Positions 1 to 14,600 of a DNA stretch of 64,000 nt are shown one piece after another. Origin of the DNA: Trichoplax adhaerens (lineage: Eukaryota; Animalia; Placozoa). Each line of letters starts with the position of its first letter. Positions within the stretch are counted from its first letter, which is position 1. Below the pieces are notes generated by a model, which had not been told where the DNA came from, ran no database searches, and was given only the letters and a program-made list of their open reading frames with translations. Made by a program: the position numbers and the translations under genes. Where the stretch lies: contig NW_002060944.1 of assembly GCF_000150275.1 (NCBI RefSeq), forward strand, positions 1,005,232-1,069,231. Reading direction: 5' to 3'.

Positions 1-3000
1 AAAGTTAGCAAACATCGTCGAGAAATAATGATTGCGATCGTAGCTGCAGGACATAAAAAATTAATAACTGTCACGATCTCAAAAATAGCACTCGTCAATT
101 TATCCATCGGTGATCAAATTTTTTTCCCATTACTTGAAGCAAGAAAAAAATAAGCTGATATTACGCATAAACTGTTCATAACTATTCGTCGATTATCAAC
201 AAGATCGAGAGTTATAACAGGAATAAAAAAATCTTCTCTCATGATAGAGACTGTGGATCCATTAAATAATAAAATGATAACACAATCGAAACTAAATACG
301 AACGGTAACTGGCAGAAGCATTTAATTCCAGCGAAACTAAGCATTCTTTTCTACGTATAACAACATCCCATAAACTAATTATGCTCGTACAAGATGCCGT
401 ATGTTGATACTAGATCGATGTGTATTCATGATGTGAATCATCATGATAAGTGTAGAATGGTAGAATAGGGGATTACACTTAATTTTATGTAATCTGACAC
501 GCCAAAAGTATGAAATACGAACATTTAATTAAATAAATTAGATTCACGTAGTATGTACCAGTATGTCATGATTCATGTTTATTTGTTAAGCTATAGTCCT
601 CCCTCAATTTAATATTCAACAGATTGACAGCGATAACTTGATGATGCACTACCCCAAAGTAAAATCCCGTGACATCATCTTAATATTTAATAAAACAGTC
701 AATATTGCTTGTAATTTATTACTTTCCCATTGCTTGAATACATCTATAGCGACGATTAAATACGTGCATAGCCCACATGCCAATATTTTTTACATCATTT
801 TATTTTACAATGGACCAATCATTTGTAGTCTATTTCCAATAGCATATTTCTTATTTGTTTACTAGATAGAATACAAATTGTGCTGTTTATGATTGTACCA
901 GCGATCATTAAAGCTTCCATAATAATAACAGTAAGCGTAAATAGAATGGCGAAATGCTATTACGACCCAGTGGAAAAATTAATTAATTTCTCTGGGATGA
1001 GTGCTCTACTTTAATCGGCATCATTGGCCGATCCAATCATTTAATTTTGAATCGGCCCTTGGTACTTTTCTATCACCCGTAGAAATTGCATTCTTTAGGA
1101 AATGATGGTATCTAATTTGCCTCCAGCCTAAGAACAAGAAAATAGTAATACGTATCTCACGAAAGCTATAAATAATTATTACAGTAAAAATACTTTAAAT
1201 CTTGCCCTTTGGTATTGTTATTTCTATTGAAATGATTAGTCACTACATGAACCCTACGTATGATTATGTACCAATCTGCCTAAGAAGGAAAACATTATTT
1301 CCGGCACTCTATAAAATTATCTTAATCATTATCTTGTCTTACTGGAGTGCTTCATTAAAAAAAAAAAGATTCTATTCAGTTTTCTACAGTAATTTACTCG
1401 TACATTAAAAATTGGATGGCTAAATGGTAATATTAGTAATCAAAAATAAATTACTGTAATAACTTAATAGCAACTTGATTTCCCTCTTGTATGATACAAA
1501 GTTCCCATCATCAGGAAAATACAACAATAACTACACAATTTTTATTTTTAAAGAGTTATTTTTATTTGGTATATCTGCAATACAGTGTGCGGCCTCTACG
1601 TTTTTCATATCGTGACCATTAAAATTATTTACAACAATTGATCAAAGTGGCATAGAGAAGAAGTTAGTTTAAACTTTTTCATTTGTCGACTTGATCGTTC
1701 TCTATGGCAAAAAGAATTCTACAGAGATAAAATTAAAACAACTTGTATCATTATGAGGTACCGGTTATGAAAATAGAACATCAGTACCATGATGATGCTA
1801 GACATTGCTGCAATGATATTTATAAATATAACTGCAAAGATAAAATGCGATGGAGTGTTACAACTGAAAATTCTAAATTATAGAATCGATTTTTCAATAT
1901 CATCTTATAGGCTGTTTATAGTCATACAAATCACGTTATCAGTGTAAATAAGGCCCATCTAGATTACAACTATCATCATTACTTCCAATTAATATTATAT
2001 GCTATTACCATCATGATGAAATAAAATTAATATTTTAAACATATCCTTAGTGGCTATAACTTTTACTTTGACGCTAAAAATGAACAAGTTAAAACTTGAT
2101 ATCAAGCTACAGTTAAAATATCTCCGTATGTCATAAGCGTGACAATATTATAAATCTTTATCCTATTCTCTCTATAAATAAAACAGACAGAATATTTTAT
2201 CCAGTGCAATCACAAATTTATAATCCAATCAATACTTTAAAATGGATGGAGTTCCAAAAGTTTATACAACATTTTTTTCAATGCAAAAACTTTCTCCATC
2301 GCCAACATGTCCTTCTACTAACCGTAGATTGATCATTTATAGAGTCAATACAATACATTTTGTTAACTTCTTATTACAGAAAAAGTACAGGAACGATTAT
2401 GGAACCATCGCTTAGCTAGCTTCGGCTAAGCCAAAGATGGTTTTCTTGTTGCTTAATGTTAGCAAGATACGAAACAAAATCAATTTTCAATCATCCAAAT
2501 GAGATTGAATGTAGAGTTAAGTTAGACGTAAACTATTAGGCTTAGAAATCAAAGCTTAGTACGGCTAAAATGATGCATTTTTAAATGTGTCATTTTAATG
2601 CCTTTACCATCTATACAGATGGCCAACCAGTTTCATTGAGTTCAAAACAATACTTAGTAATCAAGTCGAATATCAATTTGAAATATTGAACTTCACTACA
2701 TCGGTACTGTCTCAAATAATACATGTTTACAAGCAGTCGCTTTCTAGAGAATAGTAGAATTGAGGATTGTATTTATCGTAAGTTATACTTATTATTACAT
2801 TAATAAAATAAAATAGTCTAAGATTAAAATCGCTGTAGCCAATTTCGAATTTGAACGATAAGAAAAGAAAGAGTTGTGAAGAAGAGATACGAGAGAGTGA
2901 ACGGCAGAGAAAAAAAGAAAAAAAGACCGAAGCAAAGTATAACATTAGCAATAAGTTAAATCAAAACAACAGCAAGGTGGATGTTTGTATCATAACAATT

Positions 3001-3387
3001 CGCTATCGTTGCTTGTACTACCTATAGAGTAGTCTATTTTCTTTTTTTCTTTCACCTCATCGGATGAAGAGGATCAGATTGGGTTGTTTCAATCTTTTTA
3101 TTTCTATTCTTCCTTGCCTCATTTTTTCATGGCTTCTTTTTTTTTTTAGCTGTGTCATTCTTTACGATCAACGTGTTTAATAAGAGAAAGCAATTTTTTT
3201 TTCTTCTTTTCATTTGAAAACAACTTGATCGCTATGGTTCAGGAAGAAAAAGAACATTAGAGTGCCAATCTTTTCTTTGAACTATGCAACCATGACAGTG
3301 TTGAATCGTTAGCCATGATAAAGAATTGTAAATTAAATTGTGTAGTGTATTCTTCTTCTTCACCAACTAGTATTTATCGCCTTGAAG

Positions 3388-4461
3388 TTAAATTGACTGG
3401 CTGTAAGCTTCACCAAAGTTAGCATACAATGAATTTCTGGTAAAGCTTTCCAAGTTATTGACATGAGGTGAACACTTGACTGCAGATGGGATATTCATGT
3501 AAGTATGTTGCAATGATTGTTGTCGGCCATTTTGAAACGGCTGTTGATGATATCCACTACAATTGATTGGATGATTATTAGCTTGCCACGCATCAACGCT
3601 CGTGATTGGCACTCCATTAATCAACTGGGCTTTGTTTGCAAATGTGTTATGTAAGCTAGCCGTAGTAGTAGCGGTGTGATGATTGCTGTCAACATATTCC
3701 CAATCCTCTTGATAGGACTGTTGTTTACTAGGTGGAAAGTATTGGTTGAGTTCACCAGGATCGACATTACAACTAGTGAATTCATTCAATAAATCGCTAA
3801 ATTCATTTTTTGACATATTGACCGAGTTGGCTTGACATGAAGGTAGCGATCGTTGCTGTTGTTGACTTGGTAATGGCTGTTCCGGCTGTTGTGGAGGAGA
3901 ATGTTCGACAGAATCGGTACTAGCGCAACGCTTGATGGCGGTTGTTGGATAGAGAGTTGTGGTTTCATTGCGTAAAGCTTTAAAAATTTCACTGGCTGGT
4001 ATTTCTTGTGGTTCATCATCACCACTGGAAACAGAACCAGCTCTTTTTTGTTTATTTTTACGACGTGGTTGGTATTTGTAGTCGGGGTGATCCATTTTAT
4101 GCTTGATCCTTAAACGTTCCGCTTCTTCGATAAAGGGTTGCTTCTGTTCATCGCCTAACAATTTCCACAATTTGCCCAACGTTTTACTTAATTCAGCGTT
4201 GTGTAAGTTGGGATATTGTTCGGAGATTTTTTGACGAGCGGCTTGTGCCCATACCATAAAAGCATTCATGGGGCGTTTAATGTGTTGTCGACTACGTTGG
4301 CTAGTATGTAACTTGATCGACATAGGCACCGAACTCCAATCGTAATCTTGAAGGACGTAGGAGACGGCACTTTTAACTTTCTTGCTGATATTTTCATTGT
4401 TGACAGGATTGATATCCAAGCAAGGCTTGATGTTAACGTTGTGGACTTTAGTATTAGACAT
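3388..4461 (-). CDS. SoxE: SoxE-group HMG-box transcription factor (Sox8/9/10-like), single coding exon, 357 aa
   Basis: HMG box [43 protein letters not shown]...[11 protein letters not shown], preceded by the SoxE dimerisation motif [29 protein letters not shown] resembles the SoxE transactivation motif (EFDQYL in SOX9). The ORF track starts at a TTG (4566); the first in-frame ATG is at 4461. Confidence 0.96.
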   Translation of the reverse strand: MSNTKVHNVNIKPCLDINPVNNENISKKVKSAVSYVLQDYDWSSVPMSIKLHTSQRSRQHIKRPMNAFMVWAQAARQKISEQYPNLHNAELSKTLGKLWKLLGDEQKQPFIEEAERLRIKHKMDHPDYKYQPRRKNKQKRAGSVSSGDDEPQEIPASEIFKALRNETTTLYPTTAIKRCASTDSVEHSPPQQPEQPLPSQQQQRSLPSCQANSVNMSKNEFSDLLNEFTSCNVDPGELNQYFPPSKQQSYQEDWEYVDSNHHTATTTASLHNTFANKAQLINGVPITSVDAWQANNHPINCSGYHQQPFQNGRQQSLQHTYMNIPSAVKCSPHVNNLESFTRNSLYANFGEAYSQSI

Positions 4462-4946
4462 GATGAAAAAAACGATCGATCCGAAGAGAGAGAGAAGGAG
4501 GGAAAAAATGTAGGTTAGTCTTGATAGACGAGGATTCTTTTCTTGGCTTGAAAAATAGCCTTCCAAAGTAATTGATGGCTGAAGAAAAGGATTTTCGATC
4601 CGAATCGTACGGATAGATCCAAAATAGAAGAGGGGGGCAAAAAAATGGAGTGATCCACTATAGGAAAAAAAAGAAAACTAACTCGAATCAACGTCCCAAA
4701 TGTTGAGAAAAAGTTGTTCACACGATAGAATAGGATTTTCCTGCTCCCAGTAGCTAAGCAAGTAGACTAAGAGGAAAACAACGTTCAAGTTGGAAACAAG
4801 ATCGCAAAAAAGGAAGAGGAAAAAACCGGCGTTTGAATTGTCAATTGGAAATAGAGTGCAGTAGAAACAGCAGACAAAGCTCAAATACGAGTGCACTTGG
4901 TACAAGTACGCCAACCTTGTGTTGTCAGATGAAATGGATTGCAATA

Positions 4947-4990
4947 AACTGAAGAAGAAATTGGATGTTTGGCATTTATATAGAGATTGG
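4947..4990 (-). promoter_or_regulatory. SoxE core promoter: CCAAT + TATA box + initiator
   Basis: On the minus strand: CCAATC (4990-4985), TATATAAA (4982-4975) and a TCAGTT Inr (4952-4947). The Inr +1 A at 4950 is 30 nt from the start of TATAAA. Predicts a 5' UTR of about 490 nt. Confidence 0.7.
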
Positions 4991-7900
4991 GATTGTTTAC
5001 GGCGCTAGGAATTATTATGATAAATTGTAATAGCCTACGCCTTGCTGATTGATTGAATTGATTATTGGTTGATTTGAGAGTGACATTTGTCATCTTGGGG
5101 GTCGATGATGATTGGTAGAAAAGTTGTAAAAAACATGTTTTTTATCCATGGACATACACAAGACATGTCAAGCTGTCAATCAAACGCGGCATCCAAGACA
5201 AGTTAATTAAATTTTTAAATTGAAGGATGCAATATGTCACTTTTCTTCTGATGCTTGATCCAATCAATCTAAACAATACTACTCCAATTTATATTGTCAT
5301 TTCTTCTGGTAACAATTGTTAACATGGCCAAGCATCATTGCTTATCTGTAGCTAATATTTCAAGTAAAAGAGGAATATAATCGCCGGCTGTATTCTGTCG
5401 GGGTGTGTAACTCGATTGAATGTAAATTGGCACGATACCCTTAATGATGGTAATAGGTGAAAATAAAGCCCATCCAAAGCGTGCAGTCATGACACTAGCG
5501 TAATTAATTGTACGAAGAGTTGGCTAGCCTTACAAACTACCATAACAATACAGGAAATGAAACGATAAAATTATACACTCCATACAATAGGACAGTGGAT
5601 CAAGTTAAATCAGATCTCAACATTATTTTGATGTCGGTAGTACAGTAGTGCCACTGTTCAACTATTTAAAGGCAAGGAGGGATGTAAAAATAAAATAAGT
5701 AATCAATCAAAAAAAAAATTAAAATATGTAAAATAAATAATGTACTCAAAGACATGATCATGATTATGTTAGAATAAGGGGGGGGGGAGAAAAAAAAAAA
5801 TTACTTTTATTTATTTGTATCATTACGGCTACTCACTAGGTAGGTAACCCTAGAAAATTATACTGTTTATCTAGTAGAGTTCAATTAAATTCAGTCAATC
5901 AAAACTTTACTGTAATATGCTCAAGCTTTGACCTTATTGTATTGAATATAAGCCAGCGGTAGAGAGAGGCCAAATATTGTGGGGGGAAAAAAAAAGATGA
6001 TGACTATCGTATCCATAGATATTTATTCTGATGGAATACAACATTTCCATCACGATCATCAACAGATTACAACGATAATGATATCTCTTTTAATGATACA
6101 ACATCAGGCGATGTGAGTAGGCAATGAACGCTTCCTCTTCCGAACACTCCATGCAGTGTAATTATTTTGCTAGAGTATTATTGAAATAGTATGCCTTGAT
6201 TCATTCCATAGGCGTGTACGTAAAAACATCATTTCCCTGACTAAGGGATTTAACATGCGGTGACGGTCTAGTGTAGATCATTTTTTAAGGAGAACCAAAT
6301 TGGCGTCAGAAATATTGACGTAGTTGAAACATCACGCTCTGGTGTCTATGCCAGACTAACTACAGTCTAGTACATAAGAAGGGCTTCTACAATACAAGTA
6401 TGTTGAATGATAGCAGTGAAGATGATAATATTCAAGTTGGACATGGGGTGTACATGATGAGTGTATTCTTTTCATACTTGGGGGTAAGCCCACAACTGAT
6501 TACTATCAGGATGGGGATAATAATACTATTGGTTGTATGGAAAAACATGGAATATGCTGTCTTCATCGAAGAGAAAAATCAATAACGTCGACGAGAAAAA
6601 AAGTATCATCATAATTGAAGATTGCGTATGATACGTGAATAAATAAAGTAAATGGTGAATAAAGTCAATAAGGTATTGAAAATACTGGCTACACTCGAAT
6701 GATCAAAATAAGGGGGCAGTTCCACCTTCGTATTTGTTGTACCCACCATCCTGAACATTACTCTACTCTACTACTATTGAGTGATGTTACACACATGCAT
6801 AGCACACTATGTACACCAAAGCTTATAGATGCACATTCTATCGACATCCATTCCACAACTGGAGCGATTACTCTCTATAAGATCGGTCAACATTGTTGCC
6901 GCCATGATTGTATCCAACCCCCTTGTTCCTACATAAAAGCCAATCGATTTGTGTATCTACTGGACAAATAATAATATTGAAATAATACCGTATGGACTAG
7001 CACTCACCTCATGTTACCTATTGTCTTGACGGCCTTTTTCATACTATTGTTGCACTTATTCTACGATACAATATACTAATTAAAATGCTTCTTTCATCTG
7101 CCGATCCCCATCAATATTATAGCCCATATTAAGTTGACGATACATCCAATATCGAAGGGATAGTAAACAAATATTTTAAGGCTATTCTATCGGCTAGGGA
7201 ATAATGATATCTAGATAATTGATCGGATAAACATATCCTCTAAATCATTACGTCTTAGCTAAGCTTGAAGCGCTGCCAATTAGTTCAGTCCGGAGGCATT
7301 CGGTAATATCCACTATCGAAATAATAGCCATGGCTAAAATTACATTGGCAAAATGAACTAATTAATCTATATTTAAAAGGATAATTTCTTGACCATCCAT
7401 GTAATTTTCTACAGTTGTATATTTTCTATTGCTAGCCTCGGCTATGGACGCGTATACGTATACAATAAAAAAAAACCCAAATGTCTGCTTAATTGTATAT
7501 CATTGTATTGTTCCATGTTAAAATTGGATGCTTAACATTGAATTATTTTGTTTTCGTTATAATCCTTCTGACATGAAACTTATTGAGAAATTAATGAATA
7601 TATACATATATAATCTATTCAAATGCCGATCCCAGGACATACTTTCTCTCTGTTACCAACTTCAATAATAATTGTTAATAACGACTCAGTTGAATACACG
7701 CCGCAATCTCTTCCTCATTTTCTATCTTGAATAAATAGTTATTTTTATCTGCTTACTGTAAAGCAATTTAATAGAATGACCTCAATTCTGCCATTCAATA
7801 CTTAAGGTACTGTTAGTCCATGCGATACATTCGCCTTTTCCAAATTAAAATATAAAATTACCAATATTGCAATGCGTCATCGCAACTATCTCGTCATACA

Positions 7901-10900
7901 ATTTATCAATTCTCCTTTCATACAGCTTAATGAATCATCATTTAACGGCATCGATTATAATGAATAAATCCAAAAGTGTTTATTCTAGATTAAAGAAATC
8001 ATCTGTAGTTCAGTCTTTCCCTTTCAATAAAATAGGATCGATTCACAACAGAAACATTAGCTAAGTGACTAATTTACTATTAGCTATAACATAGAGAAAC
8101 ATACCTACTTTGATTAGACTCGATCCACGTAAAATAATATAAATAATGTTTTACTGCAATCAGAATTTAGAATATCACCGGTATTCGAGTTTAAAGCCAT
8201 TAGCGTGTGATACTCTATCACTATTTATTTTACTACTATCATCGATCATGAATGAGTTTACTGAGTTACTATCTCAATACAATTGCAAAACACATTTTGC
8301 CAAGTTTTTATTATGCTTCCGTAAATTGTAGTTTTCAGAGTTAAGTCCCGTTAGCTAGTTTATTTTCATAGCTTAGATAATTCAAAGGATGCTTTCATGA
8401 TTTTACTAATGATGTTGTGTAACACTTTGTTAAACCTAACGAATGAAATTTTTATGTCCATCTAGCCATTTGCAAGAATGCGGCATTAATATGAGTGATG
8501 ATTACACTTTGCAAAGCTGACTATGATAGACGTGATACAAGCAGCATGTGCAGTGCTAAAATACAATAAACAACTCATCGCTCTCAAACTAGTTAGACAG
8601 CTCTCTTTCTTTTATTGATACCAAAGTTATACAAAATGGTTAGTTGTAGTGTTTGCAATTCGATGAAGGAAAGTTGTATTCTTATTCTAGTTCAATTCGG
8701 TCCTGTTTTATAGCCATCTAAGTAATTCAATGATTGCTTTAGCGAGATAAAGCTAAATTTTCACTCTTGGTGAGTAAAGTTCTATTAAATAGGAAGACCA
8801 TGATTAAGAAGTTCAATTATTGCTCAACTTTTAAGAACGTTTAATCGGATGGCATTTTAGATTCATATATATATACAATATAAGAGTATATACAAGAAAT
8901 GTATTTTAAGCAGCGTAAATGTCGTACAGCTACATTTCGATAATTATTATAGTACGAATGTGATGATGAAGGTTGCGAAATGCAAATGAAAGTCTTGAAT
9001 GGCATCGACAATGAAACTTTGTGTTATTACGCAAAGAGACTATTAACTAGAGACATATCTGTTAGCTTTACACCTATTTGACGATACCATTAAATTGTAT
9101 CTGCTTACAGACCCATTAGGATTGTATAACGCATGAATGTTATCCTTACGACCAGCAGACCATTCGCTCATTTTGGATTACAGTATTATTTCTATCCATA
9201 ACTTTATTAAGTCGATCATTGAACAGTACGCATTCTGTTTAAATTACTGATCACTTAGTTAGAACATCAATCATCGCAAGCATGTGCCAGAATTATCATC
9301 CGATGTAATAAAACATGAGTCTGTTATGAAGTACTTGTTTGTCTGTAGCTTAGTTGTATAACATTATGCAAGTTGAATATCCTCTATTATCACTGCATAC
9401 TCCCATAATGTTGCAGACGTATGGAATTTCATAAATATTTTACTATTCAAAACATGGCGATAAATAGAAAGTCTTGTTATGCACAGGAATGACGTCAAAA
9501 CTCCAATGTTGAATGATATTTTATAGAAGACTATTTTCCTTGGCACACATCAACTCACGCGATGCAAGCTAACAAGGATAGCTAAATGTTAACTGTTATT
9601 AACGCACTCTTTACCTTATTAATTCTATGGTCCCGCCTACAATCTTCGTCTATTATGTGCCTATCTTTGGGTAATAAATCTGCTAAAGAGAAATTCGAAT
9701 TAAGTGTGTTTACATATAATTTACTGGGTTACTACCTTTCATGCTATAGGCGTTATCGCATATTGTATCAGATCCAGTAGAGAAATGAGTTTAAAATCTA
9801 GCCATTTTTGCATAACGATTAAGAAAAAGTAGATAAGGAGAGATTCTTTCTTGGTTAAATGTACAAATTACAACTTGAATTCGTCATCAGTCTTACTACA
9901 ACGCCTTGACTGGATATTTCAAATCATACAAGAGCTCTAGTAGGCGAATATCTTGCTAGACAGAATCGTAACACTTTTATGAATTATCAATGCTTCCTGT
10001 AGATGGGCCTTCACATCATTCTAGATGTAGAAAGTATAAAGTTTACTCTCGCATTGCATCGTTAATTAAAGTAAACGATATCATAAAAAGAATCAACGTA
10101 GACCAAATAGAGTACCAATACATCTTTTACTGTAATCTATCCTATGACTTTTTATATGAGATCGTATTTAACATTTCGTCTATTTTTCGTTATTCATGGT
10201 AAACATCAATGTTGTTTTTTCCAAATAATAACGTAGAAATGGGCCATAGACTGTGGCTCTAAATATTTGCTCATAGTCCTTGACATATTGTATGATAATT
10301 ATGAATTGATTAAAAAAAGCAGCTTTATAAGCGAAGCAATGGAGTAACAAGGTCAGAACATATCAAGTCAATGTTGCAAAGCAAATTGTACCTATTTGCC
10401 CAATTGAAAAAAAAATATGACTGTAGTACTATTGTAAACTCTTCTAGCATGCACTAGTGCTACCAAATATAAATTAATGACTCCCTTAGGGTGGTAAAAC
10501 AAATTAAAAATAATATAGTCTATAAAAAGATGGATCTTATGTTCTACATTGATTCTCTCACTCTATACATGATTTTAATAGTTTATGATGTCTGTCGGAA
10601 TTGAAAATAATTACTAAAGTAATATTTACTTAACAGAGTGACATCCTAGCGTCCTCATTTAGGTGTAATTCCGCATAATCAGAATAATCAAAGTTACAGA
10701 AGCAAAGTACCGTATATTATATGATGTCGGCACAGCACTTGTTTCTATTTACAGCTTGGAAATTACTGAAATATCTATAGTAAATTGCCGGTGACTTCTG
10801 TTTATCATAAGGACGGTATTTTTAAGTGTTATTCAAGACCAGTATATAAAAATAAGATAAATAACTTCCTGTAATGAATGTAGTGCGAGTGATAATTGGC

Positions 10901-11300
10901 TTGGATTCTATCATATGAAGTAGTAGCAGCTAAAGGAGGATATTTATTAATATTCCATTCATAAGGCATTAATAAGAATTATGACCCCGTTTTTGTGGTA
11001 ATTTGTCTTCTAGGTTGTATCTGCTATACTGACTACAAAATTAGAGTTTTTAAGAACTCGATGCAATACTGTACTGTAATTAAGTATCATATTATATATT
11101 CGGGTGCTTATTGTGATCAACTGGTAGCCTTTTGTAATAATTCGTGGTAGAATTATGACATAACCCATTTCTCTTCTTAGAGTATTTTAATATAGGAATG
11201 ATGAGAGGCAATTCCTTGTGATTATAGTAGCGTGTTGATAGACATAAATAATTTATAGACACTGCACGTAGTATATAAAATGCTATATAAGTATTTAAAA

Positions 11301-11635
11301 AGTAAGCTCTGTATTTTATAAGGCGACAGCATTTACCAAAAAGTACATAGCACTATAAAAATAGAAGCAAAATATAATATAGAAATAGGATGATAATTGG
11401 AAGTATTAAAAATATGCAATTTACAAGTTAGATAATCTATTCCGCGATTACAATCTTATAGGCATATTATAGTAAGCTCTCTTTTCTATAAGGCAATGGT
11501 ATTGGCTAAAAATGATATAGTATTATAAAAATAGAAGTAGGATATAATAACGAAATGGGAGGATAGTGGTAAGTATAAAAATATGCAGTTTTCAAGTTCG
11601 ATACGGTAATTAATCTATTACATGATTCTGATCTT
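11301..11635. repeat. Old tandem duplication, two diverged ~170-bp units
   Basis: Both units start AGTAAGCTCT (11301, 11471) and share TATAAAAATAGAAG and AAAAATATGCA blocks. Confidence 0.8.
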
Positions 11636-14600
11636 GCGTGCTATAGACTCTTATGCAGTAAAAGGACCATTCAATTTTCTGTCCTTTAGGTATTCAGCTA
11701 TACTATGTAAGTTGTAATAATGTATGGAGTATAGGGCAATTAGGGGTAGGAGTATAGGGCAATTAGGATATTTGACTATATGCTAGGCAAAGCTTATGTA
11801 CAGGATATTCTAAAATTGTGGCTATAATTCTATTAATAATTATAATTATAAATAAGGTTAATTTTATCTTCAGGTTAACATTTTATAACTCATTCTTCGT
11901 TACTATCATTTCCTACAAAATATCGTTTAAAATAAATGTCTTCCGAGACAGTCGTGTTTAACTCATTATCAGTGATTCTTTCTTTCTTAACATCCTTAAT
12001 TATATGAGTGCATTCACATCATAGTACCATAATAGGCTTTGTTTAAAATTCTGTAGATAGCAGCCGAAGTAAATTGCTTTTACTATTAATAAGAGAAAGT
12101 AGGTTGAATATTTTTATAGTGGCTTATGATCAATTTATTTTAAGATTTACTATTGTTAGACAGTTTTTATGATAGGAGACGATCAATTATTAATATACCT
12201 TGTCTATCTTTTAATTTTATCAACGTGAAACTAAATATTTTTGTTTTTTATATAAACTATTTTACTATTTTATCTACGTGCTAGTTAGTTCATTTAAAAA
12301 GCGATTACCAAAGCAAAAATGTCCTATGAGTTCTAATTTTTTAGTTGCCATGCAAAATATTGATATCACGCGCTGAGAAAAAGCTTCATTTATTAAATAG
12401 GTCCTTTGATGTCATGATTAAATTACGTGATTTTTGATAAATATGCTGAAAGTAGTACCTGGACTTATGTTATTGGCCTATTTTCAATTAATCATCAACT
12501 AATGAGTGTTGCTATGAAAAATTGATATAATTATCAGATTTAAAAAGGATTAAATAAAAAAATAAAATGTATAGAGGAGGTTTAAATTTAAACTAACTGA
12601 TGTAATCGGAATTCAATAATATAAACAAAGGCCAAAAAGACTAAATTTCTTATAGCATCTATTCAATACCTGACAGACTATCACGATGATATTAAAGCGA
12701 TAATTATAATTTGTAAACAGATTGACGTGATTTTCTAGTAAAAAAAAGTATGTCGTCATATGGCCATGATCGTCAATACTGTTATTCTTCATTTTAGGTT
12801 CAAATTGACGCTTTGCATAATAATTTATAGATAAAGAAATATGTTAAACGTCCATATTAATATAAGTTATTAATCAGATATAATTGCATCTTCCATCCTC
12901 TTAACGCATCAATTATTTGACGTACTTATGCACACGATCACATCAACATAATGGATACAGAATTTGGAATCATTATTTTAGATTTGTAATTATTATTTTG
13001 AAATGCGATTGCTATAACCTCAATATTCAGTCAACGGAAAGCGACTTTGCAAGAAAATCTTTAAATAACTAACTCCAACTAATATAGTGCTTGGGTTAAT
13101 TTTGAACCGATCGACTTCTGTAGATCTAATAGTGTAAATGTTATTTCGCTGCAACATTTACATTATTCATGGAGTTATGCATCATTCGACCAATATTAAT
13201 ATTGTATTATTAATTGATTTATATGGCTCGCTATACTTCGATGTCGCATCAAATTAATTGATATTAGTTTTATTTTTAATTGAATTTCATCAGATCAAGC
13301 TAAAATTGACATGTTCATTAAACTACTTATTTTTTTTTAGTTCTATCGGCCATAGTAGTGGTAGTCGGTTCAATATGACTGATATGTCAATAGAATATTC
13401 TAATCACTACTGATCCTGTCTTATTTCTATATAAACGAGTATTGAATAGCATTTAAAAGTTGAATATTTTATAACTAATCCTGTGGTAGCCATCATCTAC
13501 CGGTGGCTTTACTAGGATATAAATTAGTATAAATGTAACGAACATCGATTTTAAAGTAGTTAATACCTATTGCAACATAAGCCAGCCCCCCTTTCATGCA
13601 TCATAGATTGTCATTTAATAAATAGATTTTTATGCTTTTATTCAAAGCCATCCAGTCTAACAATGTGTAGAAAATGTATAGAGAAATAAAGCACTATTCA
13701 AATATTAACAATAAAATGAAAGTAAAAGTAGGCATTAGCGAAGAGATCGTTATAGACTGATATTATTGCTGACATCGTTGACTTTGATCATAGTGTATCT
13801 CCTCCTTCTTGCCAACCCCTCTGTTTTGATGAGCTAACTTACAGGAATTGATAGGCGTGTAATTACATCTGGTGTCGCTAATAATATTAATAAGATTGAA
13901 GTTCGCGAATTCAAAATTATCTTATGCAAATAAGATAGTGTTTTAGCATGAAGTAAGTTGCCTTAAAGTAATCGAAAGTAATTGGATCATTGACATACAG
14001 TTTCATTAGAGTTCCATAGAAAGAAGAAATTTAAACATCAAATTTTATCATTACTTTTGTCTTGTGACAATTAACAATAATACGATTTACGTCAACTATT
14101 CATGACATTGCTAAATTCGGTCGACAAACATTAGAATAGAATCTAGATATAGACACGTATTATAGCCGATGTAAATTGTATTATTTAGGCTAGTAAAGTA
14201 GTGCAGTTAATATACAAGATGCCCAAAATAGGACAGCGTGCGAAAATAAATTATCTTATTTATGTTTATACGTAAATATAGAAAATAAAATCATTTGCGA
14301 CAAGCTCTAAATTTAATTTATCTCAACCCCACCTCTTCGACCAGAATCTTCTTGGTCCAATTCAATGAATATGTTTAATATTATTTCAAATTTCAATTAA
14401 ATTTGACGGAATATGTCATCAATTATGACTAACGTTGCTCTTCCGCCATAGTTATCTATCAGAGATTTCTTCTTCATTAATGCTAATCAGATAATATTTT
14501 ATAGGGGTATGCATCAATGCAGTAAATAGTTTTTACTGGATCAGTCATACAATTCAATCTATAAATTTATGTAGCGACAGAAAAGTGAAAAGAATAGAGT

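Noticed and set aside
4462-4566. Hydrophobic N-terminal extension on SoxE, suggesting a membrane-tethered factor
   Set aside because: It starts at TTG and translates a pyrimidine-rich 5' UTR; the first ATG is at 4461.
5769-5800. G and A homopolymer runs (also near 5980, 20010 and 20170) as G-quadruplex elements
   Set aside because: Isolated runs without four well-spaced G-tracts.
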